Part shown: piece by piece, positions 1-7,682 of the stretch
Layout: each line of letters begins with the position of its first letter
How positions within the stretch are numbered: position 1 is the stretch's first letter
Virus record (IMG/VR): IMGVR_UViG_3300032219_002516
Span: 1 to 38,437 of that record
Reading direction: 5' to 3' (one strand)
Source of the DNA: a virus
Taxonomy: Duplodnaviria; Caudoviricetes
Length of the DNA stretch: 38,437 nucleotides
The notes under the pieces: model-generated
The model's database searches: none
What the model was told of the DNA's origin: nothing
What the model saw: only the letters and a program-made list of their open reading frames with translations
Position numbers and translations under genes: made by a program

Positions 1-11
1 AGACGCTTACC
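1..11. repeat. Terminal repeat AGACGCTTACC (left copy), candidate cohesive end
   Basis: Identical to 38427-38437; when the ends are joined it is flanked symmetrically by GCG...CGC. Confidence 0.8.
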
Positions 12-89
12 CGCTCCCGGGGGACATCCGCGCAAGAGATTCCTTGTAGGGGGGGCTCCCGACTGCTTGGGTGTCCCTTACGCAAGTCA

Positions 90-397
90 GCATAGGTCTT
101 CAGAAAACTCTGCGCTCCGCTCTCTACTTTTTTCGGCAAAAAGTCCTAAGACCTATGTCTACCTATGCATGGTGTAACACTGGGAGGTCCAAACCCTTGA
201 TCCATAAGGCCTAGACGCCGCCCCATTGGTGCACAGGTCTTGCATAGGTCTGCATAGGTCGGGCTCTTAAACATCATTCCAAGGAGGGGGAGGAGGAGGA
301 TCGGCACGATGAGACCATGAAACACCCCGAAACAGAGGTGAAACGCAATCAACCTGCGCACAGGTCTGCCTCACCGAGAGGCACCTATGCACAGGTT
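90..397. repeat. Cluster of TGCAYAGGTY-type repeats, candidate replication origin iterons or packaging sites
   Basis: Copies at about 90-99, 149-157(rc), 161-169(rc), 230-240, 241-250, 251-260, 351-367 and 383-397, in the non-coding region downstream of the helicase. Confidence 0.6.
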
Positions 398-423
398 AGT
401 CGAATGACCTTCGACCGAGCAGC

Positions 424-2130
424 TCAGACCAAAGCCACCGTATACCGCCTTTGACGGTTCTTCCCCTGACGACCAAAGCGGACCCGCCGGCCATCACCGA
501 GCGAGAAGACCGTGTCGCCATACTTGTTGCCGAAGAGCCAGCCCATCTTGCTCTCGCTCTTCTTCGACATGGCATACCACCGCTCGTTCGTGTCCTTGTC
601 CGTCTTCCACTGGCCCTCGACTGCCCAGGAGAAAGCCTTCAGCTCGACACAGTGCTCGATCAGCTGCGCGAACGTAAACTCCATGAGGCGATCACCCGGT
701 TCGAACTCAGCCACCAGCTCCTTCACCAGGGCGAGCATGTCGTCGAACTCTGGATCTGTGCCCTCGTCATCTGGCCTTTTTGCACACGGATCGGCAAAGC
801 CTGCGAACGTCACCAGCCCGCCATAGATCTGCGACCACTCCTCGAAGCCTGGCCGCACCGTCGGCCCCTTCGGTCGCCCCTCGAGATCCCACAGCACGAT
901 GATCGTGTGCAGCGCACTGAGCAGCTCCGAGCGCACATCCTTCCGCGAGAGATACTCATCGTCGATCGGTCGCTTCACCCGGGCCTCAGTCGAGTCGGCC
1001 GTCTCCACGTGCAGACGGCACTCGAGGAAGCGACCCGCCAGATCCGGACTCAAAGTCAGCTCATGCCCTGAGAGGAAAAGCGTCGCCTGCTGCTTGCCCT
1101 CGAAGAGCCGCTGCGTGTGCATCAGTCGACCGCCCCACCAGGCTGCTGTGAGAAAAGCATTCAAGGCCTCACAACGCAGGAAGCCCACGATGTCATCCAG
1201 CACCAGGTAGCTCTTCGCCCCCAGCACCGTCGAGTTCAGAAGGTCATCCAGCCGCGTCACATCCCGGGGGAATGGCTGCACGATCGCCTTCCCCATCACC
1301 GGCACCACCGAGAGCTTGATCAGTAGCGTCTTCCCTGATCGGTGCTTGTTCGCCTTGTAGACGAAGTTCAGCCGCTGCTTCTCATGCGGCAGCAGCAGCG
1401 ACCCATAAAAGCCCAGCATCGCCGCGACCTGCACCGCGATGTCCAGCTCCGAGACCAGAGGGAATTCCTTCAGCGCACTGCGGATCACCGCCGCGCATCC
1501 TGCCAGGGCCGACTTCCTGTTCGCCGCGTCCAGAGCCATCAGCTGCTCCCGTGGCGTGATCTCCACCTCGTTCGGCATCGTCAGGATCCCACTTTCTTCA
1601 TCAAAACCGATCGGCAGCAGATCGATCCGGTTATCCTTCCGCATGATCGGCTGGCGCACCATATTGACCCGCTCCAGCTTCCGGAGCTTGTAGACAAAAG
1701 CATCCGCCGCCAGCGTCATCTCAGCCACCGCCTTCGTCATCGTGCGCGGCCGCTCGATCGTGATCTGATTCCCGTCCATTTGGATCGTCTTCTGGATACA
1801 CGTGATCGCCACCTCCTCGATCTCCGTGCAGAATTTCGACGCCGAGAGAGACTCGATCCCTCCCGTCTCCCGGTTCACCACCACCGCCATCGAATCGCGG
1901 CGATAGACCCCATTCATCCGGCAGACCTGACCCGCCTCCTGGGCGAAAGCCGTCACCGTCCTGCCATCGCCAGGCAGCACGATCTTCGGCACCGTCGCCG
2001 GCCCTTCCTTCGGCACCACCGCCAGCGTCGGCACCACGTCATCGACCAGAGCCCCCGCCTCCTGGCGAGCGAGTCGGTTCAGAGCCTCGATCTGCTCCTG
2101 CGTGCGTTGCGCGTCCAGTTCATCGCTCAT
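424..2130 (-). CDS. Primase-associated P-loop ATPase/helicase
   Basis: Walker A ANKHRSGKT, Walker B YLVLDD; ATGA overlap with the primase gene; 568 aa. Confidence 0.75.
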   Translation of the reverse strand: MSDELDAQRTQEQIEALNRLARQEAGALVDDVVPTLAVVPKEGPATVPKIVLPGDGRTVTAFAQEAGQVCRMNGVYRRDSMAVVVNRETGGIESLSASKFCTEIEEVAITCIQKTIQMDGNQITIERPRTMTKAVAEMTLAADAFVYKLRKLERVNMVRQPIMRKDNRIDLLPIGFDEESGILTMPNEVEITPREQLMALDAANRKSALAGCAAVIRSALKEFPLVSELDIAVQVAAMLGFYGSLLLPHEKQRLNFVYKANKHRSGKTLLIKLSVVPVMGKAIVQPFPRDVTRLDDLLNSTVLGAKSYLVLDDIVGFLRCEALNAFLTAAWWGGRLMHTQRLFEGKQQATLFLSGHELTLSPDLAGRFLECRLHVETADSTEARVKRPIDDEYLSRKDVRSELLSALHTIIVLWDLEGRPKGPTVRPGFEEWSQIYGGLVTFAGFADPCAKRPDDEGTDPEFDDMLALVKELVAEFEPGDRLMEFTFAQLIEHCVELKAFSWAVEGQWKTDKDTNERWYAMSKKSESKMGWLFGNKYGDTVFSLGDGRRVRFGRQGKNRQRRYTVALV

Positions 2131-3326
2131 CGCGATCCCTCCCGCAGTGCAGCCCGAGCCTGACGGATCCGCTCACTCACCGGCGCATAAAAGTTCAAAG
2201 CCGCCTCCGTCTCCGGCCTCCCCTTCGCCGCCTCCTCCACCCAGTAGTCCACCACATCGCGGCGAGGTGGCACCTCCACCAGCGGCTTCACCGGCGGGTC
2301 CGGATTCAGATAGAGCAGCTTCTGCTGTTGCGGCACCTCCAGGCGCTCGTAGCCGCCATCCTTCCGCATCTTCCCCAGGCGCATCGCACCCGGCAGTCGC
2401 GTCAAACGCACCGCTGAGAACACCCCCGGGTCTGCCCCGTTCAACACCAAAAACTTCAGCCCTGGTGCCATCTGCCGCCGGACGAGATCATCCCACTGCC
2501 CCTTCGTCACCGCATCCACCCGCACCAGCGCATGGACACTACGGCCGCCGCTCGAGTAGATCGCCGCGATCCGCAGAGGCAGCCTCGCCAGAGCCCCCAG
2601 CCATTCCCGCACCGGCGCATCGTCCGACTCCAGCACCAGGAAAGGCCATCGCACCACCGCCTCCTCCGACCGCCTCGAGGTCTTTCCCGTCCGCGGATTC
2701 GGATGATACTCACCGTCCACCGGCTGAGCCAAAAACCACACCCCCAGCTTCCCCTCCGCCGGCACCGGCTCCCGCGGAAAAAGCGCCTCCCCTTGCGTCC
2801 ATGGATTCCCCCGCTTATCCACCTCGTGGAAGATCAGCACCCTCTCATTCGATCGATAGAGCGCGTCGAGGAACATCTCACTCGACACCTCCGCCGGATC
2901 CACCACACTCCGGTTTGCCAGCCACGCCAGATCCACCTCCCCTGCCCAGTGCCCTGCGAATGCCCGCAGCCGCTCCGGATCAAAGACCGCCTTCGGCACT
3001 GCCACCACCGGCCTCGCCGACGACATCGGCAGCGACTCGCTCGAGCCCCGCTCCGTCGGCCCTGACCCGATCAGATAGCCCCTCGGCTCCGTGTCGGCCG
3101 TTTTATCCGCCTGAGCCAGCTTGTGCTCCAGCTCACGAGCCGACCAGGGCGGCGAGCATCGCCCATTGAATTCCTCCAAGATCGGCCGCGCCTCCTCCAC
3201 CGACAGCCCGAATCCCTTCACCAGGGCGCACGCCACCGCGTAGGTCGCATTGTGGCCGTTCGAGCCAGAGACAGCCGCGGGCATCACCGCCACATAGCGG
3301 CGGGCACGTTCGATTAAAGTGATCAT
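2127..3326 (-). CDS. AEP/RepB-like primase with N-terminal PriCT-like helical domain
   Basis: N-terminal GHNATYAVACALVKGFGLS...FNGRCSPPWSARELEHKL (PriCT-like); catalytic-like LVLESDD, YSSGGRSVHALV and RLTRLPG motifs. Confidence 0.75.
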   Translation of the reverse strand: MITLIERARRYVAVMPAAVSGSNGHNATYAVACALVKGFGLSVEEARPILEEFNGRCSPPWSARELEHKLAQADKTADTEPRGYLIGSGPTERGSSESLPMSSARPVVAVPKAVFDPERLRAFAGHWAGEVDLAWLANRSVVDPAEVSSEMFLDALYRSNERVLIFHEVDKRGNPWTQGEALFPREPVPAEGKLGVWFLAQPVDGEYHPNPRTGKTSRRSEEAVVRWPFLVLESDDAPVREWLGALARLPLRIAAIYSSGGRSVHALVRVDAVTKGQWDDLVRRQMAPGLKFLVLNGADPGVFSAVRLTRLPGAMRLGKMRKDGGYERLEVPQQQKLLYLNPDPPVKPLVEVPPRRDVVDYWVEEAAKGRPETEAALNFYAPVSERIRQARAALREGSR

Positions 3327-3332
3327 CAGGTG

Positions 3333-5393
3333 TCAGGCTTCGCCGTCCTCCGCGAGAATCGTTTCCCGATCCAGCCCCAGAGCCTGCAAGAGACTCTCCG
3401 ATTCCGGCACCGACGAATACCGCACCACCTGCTCATAGGTCTCCAGCAGAGCCAGCGCAGCCCACGCCAGAGGAGCCCGCGCCAGTTGCGGCTTCACCAC
3501 CTCATCCAGATACTCCCTCACCCGCTCACCCTCCGCACCGCGCTCCCCCGTGAATTCCGGGATCCCCGCAGCCTCCAGCAGCCTCAAAAACGAGTCGCCA
3601 TAGTCCACCGCCTCAAACAGTCCTCCCGCGATCAGCTCCACCATCACCTCGTCCGACGGCGCACGCTCCAGCGTCACCATCCGCCGCAGCTCCCTCGAGA
3701 CCGCTTCCGCCATCTTCGCGTTCTCCTTCGCCATCCGTTGCCACGGCGTATCATCTGACCCTGTCGCATCCTCCTCCAGACCCTCTTCAGTCACCTCCAT
3801 CGACGCCTCCTCCTTCCTGAGCCCCGGGCGATTCGAAAAAGGCGAGTCCTTCCCCGACTTACCCATCGCCCCTTCCGCCAGAGCGATCGCCCTTTCCCGC
3901 TTCAGCATCCGATGGATCTCCCCCGTCGTCTCATTGCGGCCCACCACCACATCCGCCGGAGCCACCTTGCCGATCATCTCGCCCCAGGTCGGCATCATAT
4001 CCTCAGACGCATGATGCCCGGTCTCCGAAAAGCCGGGATGCCCCGAGAGAGAGACCAGGCCACTCGCCGGAGCCGGGCCGCCCGCGCCCCAGGCATAGAA
4101 CGTCCGCTTCGCCTCCTCCGGCGAGAGCACCCTCGAGCCCGCCTCCGACGCCTCGCGCTGCGTCCGACCCCACAGAGCCTCCCGCTTCTCCTCGAAGCAC
4201 GACGGCATCAGGCACGAATACCCATCCACCCCCTGCGATCCCGCCTTGCCCGTGGCCAGCACATCCTGCAGCTCCTCGTCCGACCCCGTCCGCATCGGGC
4301 AATCTGCGCACCCGCCGCCCCACACCCGCTCCCCCTTCACCCTCTTCGCCGGCACCAGCCCCTCGTCCTCCAGATCCCATCCACAGCCGCGCAGCGACAC
4401 CATGAACTTCTCCTTCAGCATCGCCACCGTCTCCAGCACCGTCAGCGGATTCCCCGTCGGCCGGAAGCTCGGCCGCAGCACCTCATCCGCCGCCTTCTTC
4501 CGCGCCGCCTCCGTCGGCAGCTGCCCCACCAGCTCCATCTGGCGCAGCCCGATCGCCCCCGCCTCGTATGAGGCCCACATCGAGTCCGGAGCATGACGCA
4601 GCCGCAGTCTCCGAGAGATAAACTGCTTCGCCTTCCCCAGTCGAGCCGCCAGCGACGTCACCGAGTAGACCAGCTGGCCCTCTTCATCCCGCAGCCCCAG
4701 CATCGCCTGAAAGCCCTCCACCTCCTCGCGTGCCGGCAGGTCCACCTTTTGCAGATTCTCCACCCAGGCCTCCTCCAGAGCCGTCCGGTCGTCCATCTCG
4801 CGCACGATCAGCTGGATCACCTCCTGCATCGGTGCCCGGCCCAGCTCCCGCGCCTTCTCCACCGCCCGCCGTTTTCCGAGCAGCCGACGCTGACCAAAGA
4901 CCACCTCCCACGTGTCCACATACAGGCCCGGCCGCGCGATCGGCGGCTGCACGATGTCGTGCTCTAAAATCGAGTCCGCCATCTCCTCGATCGACACCTG
5001 ATCCACCCGCTTCCGCGGATTCAGCGGACAGACCACCACCTGCCCCAGAGGCACCGTCACCAGCCGCCCCTCCGCCGACGGTTGCGTCCTCCGCACCGGC
5101 CCGGCCGACTCCGTCTCGTCCTCGCCCGTCAGACCTGGATCGTTCAGCATCCCGACCACCTCCGGCGTCGCGTTCAAGACCCCTTTCAGGATCATGTCCG
5201 CATCGATCATCGCATCGAAGACCTCGAGAGCCAGAGCCACCTCCTCCGCCGAGTCCCCCATTTCAAGGGCCGCCTGGATGACCTGTCTCGAGACCACCTT
5301 CGTCCCACCCTTCCCTGCCACCGTCCGGACCACCCGGCGAATGTAGGGCGTCAGATCTGCGCCGCTTTCCGGCATCGTTGTTTCCTTGCTCAT
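3333..5393 (-). CDS. ParB/Spo0J-like protein with HTH and Cys cluster
   Basis: PLNPRK...IEEMADSILEHDIVQPPIARP...VVFGQRRL...ENLQKVDL; HTH SVTSLAARLGKAKQFISRRLRL; CADCP...CLMPSCF. Confidence 0.85.
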   Translation of the reverse strand: MSKETTMPESGADLTPYIRRVVRTVAGKGGTKVVSRQVIQAALEMGDSAEEVALALEVFDAMIDADMILKGVLNATPEVVGMLNDPGLTGEDETESAGPVRRTQPSAEGRLVTVPLGQVVVCPLNPRKRVDQVSIEEMADSILEHDIVQPPIARPGLYVDTWEVVFGQRRLLGKRRAVEKARELGRAPMQEVIQLIVREMDDRTALEEAWVENLQKVDLPAREEVEGFQAMLGLRDEEGQLVYSVTSLAARLGKAKQFISRRLRLRHAPDSMWASYEAGAIGLRQMELVGQLPTEAARKKAADEVLRPSFRPTGNPLTVLETVAMLKEKFMVSLRGCGWDLEDEGLVPAKRVKGERVWGGGCADCPMRTGSDEELQDVLATGKAGSQGVDGYSCLMPSCFEEKREALWGRTQREASEAGSRVLSPEEAKRTFYAWGAGGPAPASGLVSLSGHPGFSETGHHASEDMMPTWGEMIGKVAPADVVVGRNETTGEIHRMLKRERAIALAEGAMGKSGKDSPFSNRPGLRKEEASMEVTEEGLEEDATGSDDTPWQRMAKENAKMAEAVSRELRRMVTLERAPSDEVMVELIAGGLFEAVDYGDSFLRLLEAAGIPEFTGERGAEGERVREYLDEVVKPQLARAPLAWAALALLETYEQVVRYSSVPESESLLQALGLDRETILAEDGEA

Positions 5394-5428
5394 CTTTTTG
5401 ATTTTTTTGAATTTCGATTATGTGAACA

Positions 5429-6052
5429 TCACTTGCCCGACCTCGGCCCCATCGAAGGCGTGCTCTTTCGCTTCGCCCCCGTCGCCCGGTTCCGGTTGCC
5501 CTTCTGCACCCGTGCGTAAGTCGCCCGGGCTGCCTCGCTCTTTTGAGCCCCTTCAAAGTGCGGATTCTTCGCCCCCCAGCTCTTCAGGTAATCCTCGAAG
5601 CGTTCCTCCCGTGCCCGTGTCGCTGCCCTCGTCTCTCCGAGGATCCACGCTACCTGCGCCTGGCTCACCCCGCGGATCAGCGGGCTCGCCACCAAGCGCG
5701 TCGCTGCCAGCAACTTCTTCAGCGCATCCCATGGATTGCGCGCCCCCTCCCAAAAATAACGCAGCAGAGCCCGCGTCGTGATCACCCTCACCTCGTGGAT
5801 CTCACCGTCGATCTCGCGACGGAGAAAGTCCGCCAGCATCTCCTCGTCGACTTCGACTCCCGTGATCGTCGCCATCCCGTCCGCGACCCGTTCCGCGATC
5901 CTCGTGGCCGCGCGTGTCACCACCGCTGCCGAGGCCTCGCGTTCCTCCGGTTCGCCCTCCAGTAGCGTCGAGAGCGGAGTCCTCGAGTCCGCCACCTCGC
6001 GCCGCCCCGCGAAAGTGCTGTCATGGTCTGTAAAAGCGAATCGTTCGTTCAT
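5429..6052 (-). CDS. DNA-binding protein with sigma70 region-4-like HTH
   Basis: SQAQVAWILGETRAATRAREERFEDYL aligns by eye with sigma70 region 4.2 ([27 protein letters not shown]); basic C-terminus; ATGA-coupled to the upstream ORF. Confidence 0.55.
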   Translation of the reverse strand: MNERFAFTDHDSTFAGRREVADSRTPLSTLLEGEPEEREASAAVVTRAATRIAERVADGMATITGVEVDEEMLADFLRREIDGEIHEVRVITTRALLRYFWEGARNPWDALKKLLAATRLVASPLIRGVSQAQVAWILGETRAATRAREERFEDYLKSWGAKNPHFEGAQKSEAARATYARVQKGNRNRATGAKRKSTPSMGPRSGK

Positions 6053-6291
6053 TCGTCATTTCCCTCCGGGTGGCGGCGCTGTGCCGCGTATGCCATTCGT
6101 TCACGCCGGCGACGCACCACCGCTGCCGCGTGAAGGCCCATCACCCGACAGGCCTGTTCAAAATTTTTGGCGTAGCCGTAGCTGACGAGGGCGCGCCGCT
6201 GCGCCGGGACATCCAATCGATGCCAGTCCATCGGGATCTTCTTCCCGTGGAGCGGGGATCCAGGAGCCGAAAAACGAGCCGCCTCCTTCAT
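6049..6291 (-). CDS. Hypothetical protein, first gene of the replication operon
   Basis: 80 aa; purine-rich SD-like GGGGGAG upstream; ATGA overlap with the next gene. Confidence 0.6.
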   Translation of the reverse strand: MKEAARFSAPGSPLHGKKIPMDWHRLDVPAQRRALVSYGYAKNFEQACRVMGLHAAAVVRRRRERMAYAAQRRHPEGNDE

Positions 6292-7682
6292 CGCTCCCCC
6301 CTTCCGAGCCGATTTCTGCTACCAAGATCTGCTACCAAAATCACGTAGTCCACACCCCCCAACCTGGGGGTGTGGGGGTCGCTGGTTCGAATCCAGTCGT
6401 TCCGACCACCTCCGAGCCTAGTAAACACTGGGCTCGGAGGTGGTGGAGGCCCGGGCAAAACGGCCTCTTCCCCGGTAGCACCCGCGACCTCTGAAAAGCC
6501 CGATATATCAAGGATTGGGGAATCGGTTTCTTGAAAGTGCTTCCGGAAAGTGCTACCAAGGGAAGCAGAATGAAACTCAAGGGGCTCTACCGCAAAGGTG
6601 ACTCTGGGATCTGGTATTACCAGCCACCCCAGGCCAAGGGCATCCGCCCGAAACCCATCTCCCTGGGCACGAAGGCCGAGGCCGAAGCCGTCGACGCCTA
6701 CTACGCCCTCCTCGCCGATGCGCACATCGCCTTCCGCCGTGGATCCCTGCGCATGGAGGGTGCGCGATTCATCGCCGAGAGGCGCGCAGATAAAATTCAC
6801 CGGCCGACCTCCTCGGCCGAGACCGAGCGCATCCTCGGTGCTGTCGTCGACCTGCTCGGCAATCGCGAGGTGGCCGACTACGGCCACGAGGACATGCGAA
6901 AGCTCCAGCGCACGTGGCTGGCTCGCGATCTGAGCCCAGCGACCATCGCCGCCTACTTCGCCCGGCTGCGCGCCTTCTTCTCGTGGGCCGTCGGCGAGCG
7001 TCTCTGCAAGGCTAATCCGATCTCTGGTATCCAGATGCCCCGCGACCTCCCGACCCGATCCGAGAAATACTGCTCGAAGCAGGAACGCGACCAGCTCCTC
7101 GCCACCGTGCCCGCTGATCGACAGGATCTCTCCCTGGTCATGATGCTCGGCTTCTTCGCTGGGCTGCGCCGCCGTGAGATTGATCAGGCCCGGCGTGATT
7201 GGATCGACCTCGAGGCCGGCGTGCTCACGGTGAGACGCACCCCCACCTTCGCGGCAAAGAGCACCCGCGGCCATCGCACAATCCGTCTCTCGCCGCGCCT
7301 GATTACATTCCTCGCCGACTACCTCGCCGCTCCAATGCGGCCGAGGAAGCGCGGGCACGGTTGCGAGACTGCCCCCGCTCCCGTGCCGCTGCCCCTGCTG
7401 CAGCCCGACGACTACCTCGTCAGGCCCGACAGGCTGCCTGGTCGAAAAATCAAGACCCGGGGAAAGCAGGAGAATCGCTACCGATTCGACGCGCGCCGGC
7501 CGCTCGAGGAGCACGTCGCCGCACAGGGTCTGCCGTGGGTGTCCTTCCACACCATGCGGCACACGTGGGCGACCCTCCACGCCCTCGCCGGCACGCCGAT
7601 GACGACGCTGGCGAAGGAGTTGGGCGAAGAGGCCGAGACCGTCTTCCGCCACTACGTCGGCTATCAGAGGGAAAGCTCTCAT
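6288..7682 (-). CDS. Antisense ORF spanning integrase and attP (translation unproven)
   Basis: 464 codons; start overlaps the xis stop (ATGA) and stop overlaps the start of 6049-6291 (ATGA). It is in the in-register antisense frame of int, so it may be a shadow ORF. Confidence 0.35.
   Translation of the reverse strand: MRAFPLIADVVAEDGLGLFAQLLRQRRHRRAGEGVEGRPRVPHGVEGHPRQTLCGDVLLERPARVESVAILLLSPGLDFSTRQPVGPDEVVVGLQQGQRHGSGGSLATVPALPRPHWSGEVVGEECNQARRETDCAMAAGALCREGGGASHREHAGLEVDPITPGLINLTAAQPSEEAEHHDQGEILSISGHGGEELVAFLLRAVFLGSGREVAGHLDTRDRISLAETLADGPREEGAQPGEVGGDGRWAQIASQPRALELSHVLVAVVGHLAIAEQVDDSTEDALGLGRGGRPVNFICAPLGDESRTLHAQGSTAEGDVRIGEEGVVGVDGFGLGLRAQGDGFRADALGLGWLVIPDPRVTFAVEPLEFHSASLGSTFRKHFQETDSPILDISGFSEVAGATGEEAVLPGPPPPPSPVFTRLGGGRNDWIRTSDPHTPRLGGVDYVILVADLGSRNRLGRGER
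6364..6408 (+). tRNA. 3' half of tRNA-Pro(GGG), attP core (not a full tRNA gene)
   Basis: Anticodon loop CTGGGGG, stem TGTGG, variable loop GGGTC, T arm GCTGG-TTCGAAT-CCAGT, acceptor strand CGTTCCG-A-CCA; no D arm or 5' acceptor strand upstream. Confidence 0.88.
6405..6444 (+). terminator. 18-bp hairpin directly after the tRNA fragment
   Basis: ACCACCTCCGAGCCTAGT-AAAC-ACTGGGCTCGGAGGTGGT with one G-U pair; no U tract. Confidence 0.55.

Larger units (their letters stand above)
6315..6560. other. attP region with arm-type repeats and IHF-like site
   Basis: TCTGCTACCAA x2 (6315-6325, 6328-6338), inverted TGCTACC (6474-6480), GAAAGTGCTWCC x2 (6533-6557); TATCAAGGATTGG (6506-6518) is one mismatch from WATCAANNNNTTR; adjacent to int. 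Confidence 0.85.

Noticed and set aside
146-361. 71-aa hydrophobic ORF downstream of the helicase
   Set aside because: It overlaps the repeat array and has no clear initiation signal; it cannot be supported, though it is not excluded.
90-397. CRISPR array
   Set aside because: Repeats are about 10 bp, in both orientations and irregularly spaced; there are no cas genes.
3331-3336. CTGACA before the primase as another late motif
   Set aside because: Only 4 nt from the ATG and explained by the upstream TGA stop; it does not fit the 13-15 nt spacing.
5394-5428. Internal promoter for the ParB-like gene (CATAAT in an A-rich gap)
   Set aside because: No -35 or extended -10 at the right spacing; more likely an A-rich translation enhancer.
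6340-6408. Complete phage tRNA gene
   Set aside because: Only the anticodon loop to CCA is present; there is no 5' acceptor strand or D arm, so it is the att core.
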